Part shown: piece by piece, positions 28,212-43,513 of the stretch
How the letters are laid out: every line of letters begins with the position of its first letter
Numbering within the stretch: position 1 is the stretch's first letter
Assembly (NCBI GenBank): GCA_964016885.1
Contig: OZ024754.1
Coordinates: 14,446,001-14,510,000 of the forward strand
Length of the DNA stretch: 64,000 nucleotides
Direction of reading: 5' to 3'
Origin: Eledone cirrhosa
Taxonomy: Eukaryota
Program-made: the position numbers and the translations under genes
The notes under the pieces: generated by a model
Databases searched by the model: none
The model's input: only the letters and a program-made list of their open reading frames with translations
Told to the model about the DNA's origin: nothing

Positions 28212-28214
<3 letters not shown>
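27812..28214. mobile_element. Truncated copy of the ~610-bp element
   Basis: Same span as 23870-24276. Confidence 0.85.
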
Positions 28215-28307
<93 letters not shown>

Positions 28308-28517
28308 ATAATAATATATATATATACATATATATACGTAGCGCTAATGTTTTCTTTTACAATAGGGAACAATAGGTGCAGAATAAGCGGAGAGACCTTG
28401 AACTAGCGTCTTTGAGATAATAAACTTTAATATCTAAGGGAAAGCAGGAATTAATCAAAGATTAGACTCCAGCTGTCATTGCCTGTGACCTACGAAAATC
28501 GCTTCTATGCTTTCTCT

Positions 28518-28563
<46 letters not shown>

Positions 28564-28594
28564 GCGCGCGTGAGCGCGCGAGCACGCACATACG

Positions 28595-28684
<90 letters not shown>

Positions 28685-28685
<1 letters not shown>

Positions 28686-29173
28686 GAAAAAAGTTTGTCC
28701 TTCATCAGTGATCTTCCAACTATCATAGGCATTTCATCGCTTTAAAGACCATATACCTCCGGTTGGTGCGAGCAACGGCTAAAAAAAGTCGTTCGGACAC
28801 GTAAATAAAGGGGACGCGAGGGTAAACAAACAAAATGGTGAAGCAACAGAAAGTGAGGAAGAAGGAGACAAGTCCCAGATTTCTATGAATTTAAGTTCGG
28901 TGAAATCGTGAACGAGAGAATAAAGACCATCAAACCTGGTTCGGACACGATTTCACCGAACTTAAATTCATAGAAATCTGGGACTTGTCTCCTTCTTCCT
29001 CACTTTCTGTTGCTTCACCATTTTGTTTGTTTACCCTTGCGTCCCCTTTATTTACGTGTCCCAACGACTTTTTTTAGCCGTTGCTCGCACCAACCGGAGG
29101 TATATGGTCTTTAAAGCGATGAAATGCCTATGATAGTTGGAAGATCACTGATGAAGGACAAACTTTTTTCATA
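28685..29173. mobile_element. Palindromic insertion of a retroelement 3' end carrying a structured RNA
   Basis: Arms ~28685-28910 and 28948-29173 are near-perfect inverted repeats; relatives at 55569-55820 (-) and 59810-60040 (+). Confidence 0.75.
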
Positions 29174-29209
29174 TGTAACCCATTTGCAACTCCGCAGCGC
29201 CCTTATTAT

Positions 29210-29295
<86 letters not shown>

Positions 29296-29425
29296 TAAAC
29301 CCCTTTATACAATACCTGGTTTGAAATACTGAATTCATTTTCTTTTTTAAGTTACTACGACCAGTTCAGAACCAAGAGTGTGAAATTTGGTAGGCTGAAG
29401 CTGCGCGGAAGCTCGTCCTATATAT

Positions 29426-29501
<76 letters not shown>

Positions 29502-29541
29502 AGAAACACATAATGTTGTTTTCGTTTTCTCAAAGAACTGG

Positions 29542-29619
<78 letters not shown>

Positions 29620-29741
29620 AAGAATATTTTCGAAACAGTGAGTAGATTTGAAATTAAATTTCTAATAATTTATATATATATGCCTCCAGTTCTTTGAGAA
29701 ATCAACATTATGTGTTTCTGTTTTTTCTGTTCAAGTTCTAA

Positions 29742-29797
29742 CTGTCTGATGAGGTCATAGCTGTTGAATAATCGTTATCCCTGAAATATATATAACA
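29742..29797 (+). ncRNA. Minimal type I hammerhead ribozyme
   Basis: tgt CTGATGA ggtcatagc..gttatccct GAAA tatata TA aca; related to 44135-44190. Confidence 0.7.
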
Positions 29798-30229
29798 CCA
29801 AATATGAATAAACAAAGTTAATTTTAACCTGTTGACTTACACTTCGTGTTTATATATGAGTATAGGACGGGCTAGACGCTGGGACACATGCGCGTTCAAC
29901 AACACATTTCTCTCAGTCTTCCTAAGTCTTTTGAAGTGAAACATACCAATTTCTGGATACCTGCAGTTGAGCACAGGAATGGAAATTTTCACTTAATTGT
30001 TGCGAAACAAATTTAAGTTTTGAAATTTAAATTTGTCCGGGTATCACGGCTATTGCCAATATAGGTTTGTTTTTATTGATTTATTATTTTAAATCGAGAC
30101 AGGCAAACTATATTAATTTAATTAATATTTTTCAATCTAGCTAACTTGGTCATTTGCAATACAAACACTTATATACTTGTATTAGTGTTTATCCATATCA
30201 TATATTCATTTGTATATATCTATGTCTTG

Positions 30230-30296
<67 letters not shown>

Positions 30297-30427
30297 AGTG
30301 GGTGTAGCTGCCGATTATTGAGTCGGGTAGGATCGATATAGATCGAACCTTGAGCTGATCAGTGGCAAAACGCGCGTCACCTATCAATAAATGCATTGAA
30401 GGAATAATCAATCGTCCTTTTTATCCT

Positions 30428-30537
<110 letters not shown>

Positions 30538-30702
30538 CTCTATATATATATGTATATCTATATATATATGTCTTGATTTTTTTTTATTGAGTTTGAATTA
30601 TTTTCCCACATCTTACGTTAACTACTTTTCCATTTTGACGTTATAGTCACTTATATATATTATGAAATACTGCTGGCTTCACGCTCACAATAATTTCTAT
30701 AC

Positions 30703-30827
<125 letters not shown>

Positions 30828-31321
30828 GTCCTAAACTCCATTCTAGATCTTGTTTTACTTTTCTTAAAATGGACGCGATGATTTAAACGTGTTTTCACCT
30901 TGAACCCGTTAATATAAATCAATCTGTTAATATAAATTCTCAACTTCCAGATGTTTACCCACAACTATATATTTCACAAACTATGTCAATTGTCTTTTTA
31001 TTTCTGCTCTTAATATTTCATATATTCAGCTCAGTTTCTTGTTGAGAGATACTAGTGAGTATTTCTGTTCATTCAATGTTTTGTTTATCATCTTAAATAC
31101 ATCTCACCAACAACGCGGTTCTCCAATCACTTGCAAAAACTGGAATTTCAACTGCAATATCGCCATAATGCACGAAATTGCACTGTAAGTTGGCTGACGA
31201 AGTAGAGGTGCAGTTGTCTGTTCGTCTTATAGACATGTTTTTGTGTGTCGATAATATATAGTAGATATAGGTTTCTAAAATACGAGAAAAACCTCAACAC
31301 ACACACACACAGACACACACA

Positions 31322-31391
<70 letters not shown>

Positions 31392-31562
31392 AGTGTATAT
31401 ACTGGCTGCTAATACATGCACACTGTGGTGCATATAAAGTTTCTAGTGAAGCTCTGGAAAGGTAGACAGATGTATTTCCATGTGAAATATCAGATTAGAC
31501 TTCTCCAGTTCGTTGATCCATCATCTAGAACTGGCACGTCGTCTCACATTTCTTTGAAACCA

Positions 31563-33680
31563 ACACATAGACACAGACACACATATATACAAACATAGTC
31601 ATATATACACACATACAAACACCTACATACACACACAGACACACATATATACAAAGATAGTCATATATACACACATACAAACACGTACATACACACACAG
31701 ACACACATATATGTACAAACATAGTCATATATACACACATACAAACACGTACATATACACACATACAAACACGTACATACACACACAGGCACACATATAT
31801 ACAAACATGGTCATATATACACACATACAAATACGTACTTATACACACATACAAACACGTACTTATACACACATACAAACACGTACATATACACACAGAC
31901 ACATATATACAAACATAGTCATATATACACACATACAAACACGTACATATACACACATACAAACACGTACATATACACAGACACATATATACAAACATAG
32001 TCATATATACATACATACAAACACGTACATATACACACATACAAACACGTACATATACACACAGACACACATATATACAAACATAGTCATATATACACAC
32101 ATACAAACACGTACATATACACACATACAAACACGTACATATACACAGACACATATATACAAACATAGTCATATATACATACATACAAACACGTACATAT
32201 GCACACATACAAACACGTACATATACACACAGACACACATATATACAAACATAGTCATATATACACACATACAAACACGTACATATACACACATACAAAC
32301 ACGTACATACACACACAGGCACACATATATACAAACATAGTCATATATACACACATACAAACACGTACATATACACACATACAAACACGTACATATATAC
32401 ACAGACACACATATATACAAACATAGTCATATATACACACATACAAACACGTACTTATACACACATACAAACACGTACTTATACACACATACAAACACGT
32501 ACATATACACACAGACACACATATATACAAACATAGTCATATATACACACATACAAACACGTACATATACACACATACAAACACGTACATATACACAGAC
32601 ACATATATACAAACATAGTCATATATACATACATACAAACACGTACATATACACACATACAAACACGTACATATACACACAGACACACATATATACAAAC
32701 ATAGTCATATATACACACATACAAACACGTACATATACACACATACAAACACGTACATACACACACAGGCACACATATATACAAACATAGTCATATATAC
32801 ACACATACAAACACGTACATATACACACATACAAACACGTACATATACACACATACAAACACGTACATATACACACAGACACACATATATACAAACATAG
32901 TCATATATACACACATACAAGCACGTACATATACACACATACAAACACGTACATATATACACAGACACACATATATACAAACATAGTCATATATACACAC
33001 ATACAAACACGTACTTATACACACATACAAACACGTACATATACACATACAAACACATATATGTACAAACATAGTCATATATACACACATACAAACACGT
33101 ACATATACACACATACAAACACGTACATATACACACAGACACACATATATACAAACATAGTCATATATACACACATACAAACACGTACATATACACACAG
33201 ACACACATATATACAAACATAGTCATATATACACACATATAAAGACGTACATATACACACATACAAACACGTACATACACACACAGGCACACATATATAC
33301 AAACATAGTCATATATACACACATACAAACACGTACATATACACACATACAAACACGTACATACACACACAGACACACATATATACAAACATAGTCATAT
33401 ATACACACACACAAACACGTACATATACACACAGACATACATATATACAAACATAGTCATATATACACACATACAAACACGTACATATACACACATACAA
33501 ACACGTACATACACACACAGGCACACATATATACAAACATAGTCATATATACACACATACAAACACGTACATATACACACATACAAACACGTACATACAC
33601 ACACAGACACACATATATACAAACATAGTCATATATACACACATACAAACACGTACATATACACACACACATACACACCT
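31563..33680. repeat. Compound CA/TA-derived minisatellite (24-bp and ~38-bp sub-units)
   Basis: Recurring acatagtcatatatacacacatacaaacacgtacat units. Confidence 0.92.
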
Positions 33681-34369
33681 CTCACACAAGTCTCTCTCTC
33701 TCTTTCTCTCTCTCTATCTCTCTCTTTCTCTCTCTCTCTCTCTCTTACAATCACACCAAACACATTCACACCCCACTTTCTTTCATATATACATGTATGT
33801 ATGTATGTATGTATGTATGTATGTATGTATGTATGTATGTATGTACGTACGTATGTATGTGTGTATATATGAATGTATGTGTGTATGTATGTAAGTATGT
33901 ATGTAGGTATGTACGTACGTATGTATGTATGTACATATGTATGTATATATGTATGTATGTATGTATGTATGTTATCTCTTTCTCTTAATTTCGAGTATAT
34001 TTTTTTGACCGGCCACCTTCCTGGTGGCAAGGTTGTAAAAGAAAAGAAATTGTCATCCCTTGAATCGCAAGAATGTTTTGCATATTTTGAAGGTGCCAGC
34101 TATCGCAGCCATTTGTAGACTATGAATTAGGGAGCTGCGCTATGTATGTATGTATGTATGTATGTATGTATGTACGTACGTATGTATGTATGTATGTATG
34201 TATGTATGTATGTATGTATGTATGTATGTGTGTATATATGAATGTATGTGTGTATGTAAGTATGTATGTAGGTATGTACGTACGTATGTATGTATGTATG
34301 TATGTATGTATGTATGTATGTATGTATGTATGTATGTATGTATGTATGTATATTGCTCACCCTTAGGAT

Positions 34370-35232
34370 CACACTCAGTCACTCGCTCAACATGCACTCA
34401 CTCACTCGTTTACACTCACACCAACATACATTCACTCACTCACTCTCTGCCCCTCTCATCAACACGCACTCACTCGCTTATACTCACACTAATACACACT
34501 CACTCAATCGCTTTCATTCACTCGCTTACACTCACACCAACACACACTTCACTCACTCGCTTACACTCACACCAACACACACTTCACTCACTCGCTTACA
34601 CTCACACCAACGCGCACTCACTCACTCACTCACTCGCTTACACTCACACCAACACACACTTCACTCACTCGCTTACACTCACACCAACGCGCACTCACTC
34701 ACTCGCTTACACTCACACCAACACACACTTCACTCACTCGCTTACACTCACACCAACACACACTCACTCACTCGCTTACACTCACACCAACACACTTCAC
34801 TCACTCGCTTACACTCACACCAACACACACTTCACTCACTCGCTTACACTCACACCAACACACACTTCACTCACTCGCTTACACTCACACCAACACACAC
34901 TTCACTCACTCGCTTACACTCACACCAACACACACTTCACTCACTCGCTTACACTCACACCAACACACACTTCACTCACTCGCTTACACTCACACCAACA
35001 CACACTTCACTCACTCGCTTACACTCACACCAACACACACTTCACTCACTCGCTTACACTCACACCAACACACACTCACTCACTCGCTTACACTCACACC
35101 AACACACACTCAGTCACTCGCTTACACTCACACCAACGCGCACTCACTCACTCGCTTACACTCACTCACTCGCTTACACTCACACCAACACTCACTCACT
35201 CCCCCTCTCTCTCTCTCTCACCAACACTCACT
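34370..35232. repeat. 35-bp minisatellite (CACTCACTCGCTTACACTCACACCAACACACACTT)n
   Basis: Direct tandem repeat. Confidence 0.9.
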
Positions 35233-35832
35233 ATCTACCAAAGAAGTTCACAAAGCAATCATTAGGTCTCGGCTCCGATCTTGTTGTGTACCAGTTCTCC
35301 TCTATACTCACAACTCCATCTATAAAGACTCAGGTTCCTGTGAGACCACATGACAAATGCCAACTTAACAAAAGCCAAACTTGGCCTTAATTAAAAAAAT
35401 ATTTATCTCTACTCTGGTATTGAGTTCTACTTCTTGCGACCATCAATACTTAGCGTGTGTATATATATATATCTATGTATATATATGTATATCGGTTGTC
35501 CAGCCCGACTATGTCCATGTCCCCGCATATATACATACACATGCACCCATGTATATACACATATACATATACATACATATGTATATGTGCATATACATAT
35601 TTACACACTTTCGGATGGCCGTTGGCTCTTATGAGTCCTGCCGCCCTTTGATCGCGCAATGGCCATACTCGATGACGAGGGGGCAGCCATCACATATATA
35701 TATATAGTAATAATATAGTAATAATAATAAATTTGAAGACTGAAATCCAAAGAGGGCTCGATAAGGGCTCAGTTTCAGAAGATCCCGTTAAGGGTGTAAG
35801 CAGCGATTCTTTGCTTAAACTTTAATCTGTTA

Positions 35833-35892
<60 letters not shown>

Positions 35893-35899
<7 letters not shown>

Positions 35900-36413
35900 A
35901 TATTTGGGGAGGGTCATATTTGCGTAATATTGCCAGAATTAATAACAGAACACACTCACTGTTTGGTTGGTTTTCGCTTCTCGCTGTCTTTTATATATAT
36001 ATATCTGCGATCTAACTTACTCGGTCCTCAATGTTGCCATTGACTGACCGGCGGTCAAAAATAATACAGATACAATATAGACACAAACACATATATATAG
36101 TTTACATAATTTACATAATGTGCAACGAAAGATTTATGTAAATTATGTAAACTATATATATGTGTTTGTGTCTATATTGTATCTGTATTATTTTTGACCG
36201 CCGGTCAGTCAATGGCAACATTGAGGACCGAGTAAGTTAGATCGCAGATATATATATATAAAAGACAGCGAGAAGCGAAAACCAACCAAACAGTGAGTGT
36301 GTTCTGTTATTAATTCTGGCAATATTACGCAAATATGACCCTCCCCAAATATAACAATATCTGTTTCGACACACGATTTCATATAAAAAACCTCGCAAAA
36401 CTAATTCATCGCC

Positions 36414-36415
<2 letters not shown>
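35893..36415. mobile_element. Palindromic PLE-like insertion
   Basis: ~220-bp perfect inverted arms around a centre containing an HHR 3' half (tgcaac GAAA gatt TA); the right arm continues into a 3' tail. Confidence 0.75.
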
Positions 36416-36477
<62 letters not shown>

Positions 36478-36701
36478 CATATATATATAAATAAAAAGAT
36501 TCAGGACCCCGACGGTTGAGCTCCGGCTGTTTCGACAACTGTCGAGGTCTTGACTCTTTTCCTATTACCCACTCTACTACCCCAAGTATCGAGTACTCTG
36601 GTGGGTTATAGTCCAGCTGGTTCCTTACTACACCCTCTTTGTTGTATATATATATGTGTGTGTGTGTGTGTGTACACACGCACACACATATATATATATA
36701 A

Positions 36702-36906
36702 GTCGATCGACTTTCGTCAAATCGGACCGAGGAAACAATGTTTCCGTTGGTCTTTCCAATTGCTAATACTTTCTATCGGTCGCAACTCCTGGTAGAAGGA
36801 GCAATGTGAAATAAAGTGTCTTGCTCAAGGACATAACGCATCGCCTGGTCCGAACTCTCAATCTCACGATTGCGATTCCAATTCTCTAACCACTCAGCCA
36901 CGCGCC

Positions 36907-36910
<4 letters not shown>
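36702..36910 (-). mobile_element. tRNA-derived SINE, family B (CORE-like central domain)
   Basis: Head gaaggcgcgtggctgagtggttagag..gagttcg, then tgtccttgagcaagacactttatttcac; copies at 60560-60770 and 62221-62428. Confidence 0.8.
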
Positions 36911-36971
<61 letters not shown>

Positions 36972-37500
36972 GATATTTTGCATTTTTGCAATAATATACA
37001 CATACTGAATTTCATCCGCCAAAAATAAGGGTTGCCTCCCTTGTCGAGCCCCACGTGGGTATCGGTAACGGTCATTCCTTGCCTGGTACTTGAACTAAAA
37101 CCTGTTGAGAAAGTGACTTCCTTGTTCAATCATCTTTCCAGAAGCCTAACATTATTTGTCTAAGCGGACAGTACTTGACTTAGGAGTCGCAGAAACCCAA
37201 ATGCTGGATTTTACCAACCATCCAGGGGTCCGGGTAAATTTTTTCAATCACATTTTTTTTATTTGTTTGACCCGAATTACTTGGTCGTTTCTATGGCTGT
37301 GCGGATGACGGTTTAACCATCGTCTCAGTGTGTTTGGCCTTTAACGTATGTTGTAGCTCTGGTTCGTCAGAATTATTGAGCGCTTGTTATTTAATAAATA
37401 TTTGCTCTACGGTTCTTATATATTTGATATATATTCATCCTGATCGAGCCCTCTTTGGATTTTAGTCTTCAAATGTATTATTATTACTATATATATATAG

Positions 37501-37690
37501 GGCGGTAGATTGGCAGTATCGGTAGAGGGTCGGACGCCATGCTTTGACGCATAAAGTTACGGCCCTTGCTATTCTGAGTTCAAATCCCGCTGAGGTTAAC
37601 TTTGCCTTTCATCCTTATGGGGTCGATAAAATAAAGTACCAGTAATACACTGGGTAATTGCTGGCCTTGTGCCAAAAGTAGAAACAATTA
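37501..37690 (+). mobile_element. SINE family A, full length
   Basis: ggcggtagattggcagtatcgg...gagttcaaatcccg...gtagaaacaattatt. Confidence 0.88.
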
Positions 37691-37691
37691 T

Positions 37692-37756
<65 letters not shown>

Positions 37757-37911
37757 TATACACGGGTGTGTATGATTGTGTATAGAAGATTATATTAATA
37801 AGAGGAATTCCAACTTTGTCTGATTTACTCGTTTTATTTACAATCCTTTAAAATTTATAATGGCATTATAATGAAATAGTATGATAGAATATTAAATGTT
37901 AAGTGTTAATT

Positions 37912-37948
37912 GAACAAGTACTTTCATGCTTTCGCAATCTTCAGGTTC
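37912..37948 (-). ncRNA. Minimal type I hammerhead ribozyme
   Basis: gaac CTGAAGA t tgc-GAAA-gca t GAAA gtac TT gttc; identical motif at 63261-63297. Confidence 0.8.
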
Positions 37949-37989
37949 ATAATATGTGGTGACAGTCAAGTTTGCAATTTTCAACTGTC

Positions 37990-38033
<44 letters not shown>

Positions 38034-38240
38034 TATATTTATGTAGAAGTAGTTCCACAACAGTTAGTACACAATTTCCGAGGATAATGGTTTACTAACT
38101 GTTGTGGAACTACTTCTACCAAAGTCCTCTCATGGACTGAGTGGTCTACTACTGTGGACATAACCCACCAGTGTTCTGCTACTATATATATATATATATA
38201 TTCAAATTATTAACAAAATAGATATTCTTGTGATCAATTA

Positions 38241-38307
38241 TATTTTATTATACATATTTCAGAGGTGCTGAGTTAAGTTCAACAGTACGTCCTCATCAGA
38301 TAAAATA
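38241..38307 (-). ncRNA. Minimal type I hammerhead ribozyme (left arm of palindrome 38202-38530)
   Basis: Mirror of 38424-38490. Confidence 0.8.
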
Positions 38308-38423
38308 AAATGATACATGACATACCCTGACATATTAGATGGTTAAGATTTAGTCATACTACCATGACTAAATCTTAACCATCTAATATGTCAGGGTATG
38401 TCATGTATCATTTTATTTTATTT

Positions 38424-38490
38424 TATTTTATCTGATGAGGACGTACTGTTGAACTTAACTCAGTACCTCTGAAATATGTATAATAAAATA
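38424..38490 (+). ncRNA. Minimal type I hammerhead ribozyme
   Basis: tattttat CTGATGA ggacgtactg..cagtacctct GAAA tatgta TA ataaaata; degenerate relative at 46511-46574. Confidence 0.8.
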
Positions 38491-38666
38491 TAATTGATCA
38501 CAAGAATATCTATTTTGTTAATATTTGGAATTAATATTAATAACTCTGGAAAACCTAATACTGTTGAGTGCTTCCAATCTATTGTAAAACTCATTCTTTG
38601 ATGTATACATTGAACCTTGTTTAACTTTTATATATATATATATATGTATTCTTCTTTCTTCTCATG

Positions 38667-38823
<157 letters not shown>

Positions 38824-39130
38824 GAGAATGAGGGGGCGCAGGAGAGTGAGAGTGGGTAGAGAGAGAAAGAGAGAGTCGGAGATATAGAGAAAAAGAGAAG
38901 TGAGAGTCAGTTATATACTGCAATGAAGAAAAGTTATTGTGGCGGCTGACATTCAAACTTGCCGAATATGTTGTCTTCGGGTCTTTTAGGAGAATTCCAT
39001 CGACTTGAAGAAAATAATAAAAGAAAAAGAAACCTGAATATTTCTAAACGGAAGTTTCAGCTGAACTAACTCAACCATGCCTTCCACTTTCATTTATTGT
39101 TGTTGTTGTTGCTGTTGCTGTTGCTGTTGC

Positions 39131-39295
<165 letters not shown>

Positions 39296-39336
39296 TCCCC
39301 TGAAGAAATAGGTGGTGCTTCGAACTGGAGAAGGGT

Positions 39337-39453
<117 letters not shown>

Positions 39454-39603
39454 TATATATAAATATATATATAAATATATATATAAATATATATATAAAT
39501 ATATATATATCTGTATGTAAAAAGCAAACAGAAATAACGACACAATCGGTACAGTATATGAAAAGGATATATTAGGTTAACGTTTGATATAGCAGGAAGA
39601 GTG

Positions 39604-39639
39604 TCTTAACGTTTCGGACGCTAGTCCTTCATCAGAAGA
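39604..39639 (-). ncRNA. Minimal type I hammerhead ribozyme
   Basis: tctt CTGATGA a ggac-tagc-gtcc GAAA cg TT aaga. Confidence 0.85.
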
Positions 39640-39760
39640 AAGAATGAGAAATAAGATAGATTGAGAGGACGGGCGGGTTGGAACTGGAAAAAATGTCTTC
39701 AGATAAAATTAACAGGTCCATTCATGTCACTTACGTCTTTTCGGTGAAAGAAGGGAGAGA

Positions 39761-39802
39761 AGCTGACAGTCTGTTTCACGCTGGTTGGCATTCATCAGAG
39801 CC
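39761..39802 (-). ncRNA. Type I hammerhead ribozyme
   Basis: ggct CTGATGA atgc-caacca-gcgt GAAA ca-gac-tg TC agct; decayed inverted copy at 40196-40237 (+). Confidence 0.8.
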
Positions 39803-40383
39803 ACGCATTCACCCGGTTCCGCCGAAAAGTATAGAAGCTGGATTCTTATAGAATTCGAGTAATAATCTGGAGCTGATTATACAGAACGATTGCCGGTCCA
39901 GCAAAAACATTTAGAAGACGATACGCTATCAGTTTTCGCCGAAAAGAAGTAAGTGACATAGTCACTACTTTAAAACCGATAGCGTATGGACTTCTAAATG
40001 TTTTTAATTAAACATATGGTATATTGCCAAATATACTATACATCATTCATGTATACATCGCTATTTCAGAGCACCAATCCTAATACCTAATTTTTGCTGG
40101 ACCGGCAATCGCTTTGTATAATCAGCTTCTGATTATTACTGGAATTCTATAAGAATCCAGCTTCTATAATTTTCGGCGGAAGCAGGGGAGTGCGTGGCCC
40201 TGATGCACGCCAACTAGTGTGAAACAGACTATCAGCTTCTCTTCCTTCTTTCTCAGAAAAGAAGTAAGTGACATAGTCACTACTTTAAAACTGATAGCGT
40301 ATGGTCTTTTAAATGTTTTTAATTAAACATATGGTATATTGCTAAATATACCATATATACATTCACGCGCGCGCGCGCGCGCG

Positions 40384-40431
<48 letters not shown>

Positions 40432-40515
40432 CGTTATTCCGGGTTGAATCGGAGGTAACCACAGTAAGTAAGGTACTCAATACATAGCAGAGTATAAAAG
40501 TTTTAATATAGATGA

Positions 40516-40564
40516 GATTCTACAGGACTAGAACTGTTTCATTCATTAGAAATCATCAGGAATC
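40516..40564 (-). ncRNA. Type I hammerhead ribozyme
   Basis: gattc CTGATGA tttctaatgaat GAAA cag..ctg TA gaatc. Confidence 0.75.
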
Positions 40565-40816
40565 ATATATATATATATATATATATATACTATATAAATG
40601 GCAATTTCTCCCTGTTTGTGTGTAACCAGTTGGCGTCTAAACGAGTGATCAGATCCTGATCAAACTTTACACACACGTTAAGTTAATATTCAGGAACAGG
40701 ACTGGCTAATTGGATATCCACAACTCAGTCCTCCAAAACGAGGCAACAACTTATTTATTTTTTGTTCTTCATTCTGTAGAGAAAGAGACAGAGGAGATAA
40801 GAAAGAAAGAGAGGGC

Positions 40817-40890
<74 letters not shown>

Positions 40891-40934
40891 GTGTGTGTGT
40901 GTGTTTCTTCTTGCTATTGTTGTTATATATTTTA

Positions 40935-41660
40935 GATATTTGGCAGAACCGTCAGAGCCAAGGACAACATGACTTATATTATACCATCCGGCTCTTTAGG
41001 TTCTCAGTTCAAAGCTCACCAAGGTCAACCTTGCCTTACTATTCGGCCTGTAATATAATTAACATATAATCGATTTTCTCCTCCTCCTGCTACCTCCAAA
41101 ATTGACCTTGTGCGTAATGAAAAAAATCATTGTTATTGGCGGTGTTTCATCTTTACGGGTTGGTAAAATAAAGGACCAGTAACGCACTTAACATTTAGTC
41201 ATGGCTTTTTATGTTCTGAGTTCAAATCCCGCCTCGGTCAACTCTACTTTTCACCCTTTCGCAGTTGACAAAATAAAGTACCACTCAAGTACCGATATCG
41301 ATATAATGGTTGACCTTTGTTACTAAATTAGAAACCATTGTAAGAGCACGGTGGGTTATTGAAATACATATTTCATCGAGCCCAGAAGGATAAACGGCTA
41401 GGTTGAATTTGGTGGGATTTGAACTCAGACAGTAAAAGGCAAAGACAAATACTGCTCAGCATTTGTCTAATGCTCTTATGATTCTACCAATAAATAATTT
41501 CTAACTTGTGCACAAGGCCAGCAATGTAGGGAGAAAGGGAAAGTCAAATATATCGACTCCCGTATTTGATTGGTACTTTATTTTATCGACCTCGGAAGGA
41601 TGAAAGGTAAAATCGACCTTGACAGGATTTCAACTCGGAACGTAAAGGATCGTAAATGAA
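40935..41660. mobile_element. Cluster of degenerate SINE family A copies on both strands
   Basis: gagttcaaatcccgcc and gatgaaagg..ttgaactc motifs. Confidence 0.65.
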
Positions 41661-41664
41661 TGCC

Positions 41665-41739
<75 letters not shown>

Positions 41740-41948
41740 TGCGTTTGCTGTTGCTGCTACTGCTACTGCTGCTGATGCTGATGTAGATGATGCTGATGCT
41801 GATGCTCATGATGACGGTAAAAGCTCGCTGAAAACGCCCGCAAGATGCTGCAGAAAGGATATTTTCAGTAAAGGTTAAACTTATCTTTCTGGTTGTTGAT
41901 TATTTTTATACTGGAGCTTCGTATACTGATGTTTAAAACATATGTAGA

Positions 41949-42490
41949 GTGTTGGTGGTGGTGGTGGTGGTGGTGGTGGTGTTGGTTGTGGTGGTGGTGG
42001 TGGTGGTGGTGGTGGCGGTGGTGGTGGTGGTGGTGCTGGTAGTGGTGGTAGTGGTGTTTGTGGTGGTGTTGGTGGTGGTGGTGGTTGTGGTGGTGGTAGT
42101 GGTGGTGGTGGTGGTGGTGGCGTTGGTGGTGGTGGTAGTGGTGGTGGTGTTGGTGGTGGTGGTTGTGGTGGTGTTGGTGGTGGCGTTGGTGGTGGTGGTA
42201 GTGGTGGTGGTGTGTTGTGGTGGTGGTTGTGGTGGTGTTGGTGGTGGTTGTGGTGGTGGTGGTGGTTGTGGTGTTTGTGGTGGTGGTGCTGATGATGGTG
42301 GTGGTTGTGGTGGTGGTGGTGGCGGTGGTGTTTGTGGTGGTGGTGGTGATGGTGGTAGTGGTGGTGGTGGTGGTGGTGTTTGTGGTGTTTGTGGTGGTGG
42401 TGATGATAGTGGTGGTGGTGGTGGTGGTGGCGGCGGTGGTGGTGGTGGTGGTGGTGGCGGCGGTGGTGCTGGTGGTGGCGTTGGTGGTGG
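41949..42490. repeat. (GGT)n trinucleotide repeat
   Basis: Direct inspection. Confidence 0.95.
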
Positions 42491-42735
42491 ATGTATGTAT
42501 ACATGGTTCTGACTGCATGTGCATAGTTGTGCATAGGTACGGACATGTGTGTGTATGTGCCTACATATAAGTGTATGTGTATATGTACATGGTTGTGTGT
42601 GATGGGTTCTTTATTATAGGCCGTGGATTCCTATAGAACTACCAATACTTGTTCTCATGTAAAATAAGAAGAGACTGAACGTTTCATAGCCACGTGTATC
42701 CTTAACGCAATTATATATATATATACAGTATATAA

Positions 42736-42767
<32 letters not shown>

Positions 42768-43058
42768 ATATATAACCAAAGGTTAATACTGGAATACGTG
42801 TACCTTAACACAATTATATATATATATATAATTGCGTTAAGGATATATATAAATGTATATATATATATATATATATATTTCGTTTCTGAATTTGTTTAGC
42901 AAGATTCTTTATCTGAAATCGTGTGTTGAAACCGATATTGTTATACTTTGGGAGGGTCATGTTGCCAATAAGAAACACACTGTGCCTTTCCTTTCTTCTA
43001 TCAAAAATGGCGTAGGATAGAAGAAAGGAAAGGCACAGAAACGAAGAAAGGAATCCCC

Positions 43059-43103
43059 AGTCACTGAAGAGGTCACAGAATGTGTGACGAAAGGACTATG
43101 ACT
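43059..43103 (+). ncRNA. Minimal type I hammerhead ribozyme
   Basis: agtca CTGAAGA g gtcaca-gaatg-tgtgac GAAA ggac TA tgact. Confidence 0.82.
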
Positions 43104-43259
43104 ATATATATAAACAACTATCTGGTTGTGGAACCAACCAACCAACCAGAAATTTATAGGTTTGTAAATTTGTAGATTTATAAATTTATAAATATATAAT
43201 AAATTGAAGTGAAAGCAACTGGTGCGTGTGTTTCTTATTGGCAACATGACCCTCCCAAA

Positions 43260-43362
<103 letters not shown>

Positions 43363-43431
43363 CAAGGTTTAGCAAATAATGAAAAAGTTTCAAAATAAAT
43401 TTTAAAAAATTGACTTTACCTACTATAGTTA

Positions 43432-43513
43432 CCTTTACCGAATCGGTTTCGAATCTCAAAAATAAACGGAGACCATACGGCCTTCGTTGCAAAGAAAGAT
43501 TCTCGTCAGAAGG
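43432..43513 (-). ncRNA. Type I hammerhead ribozyme, all three stems well formed
   Basis: cctt CTGACGA gaatct..agattc GAAA ccg-att-cgg TA aagg. Confidence 0.85.

Noticed and set aside
29110-29160. Type II hammerhead reading (GAAA tgcc TA tgat..atca CTGATGA)
   Set aside because: The UH position is AA or GA in the other copies, and no stem II strand lies directly before GAAA; kept instead as an unclassified RNA.
37501-37590. tRNA gene
   Set aside because: The A/B boxes belong to a multi-copy SINE head and no complete cloverleaf is present.
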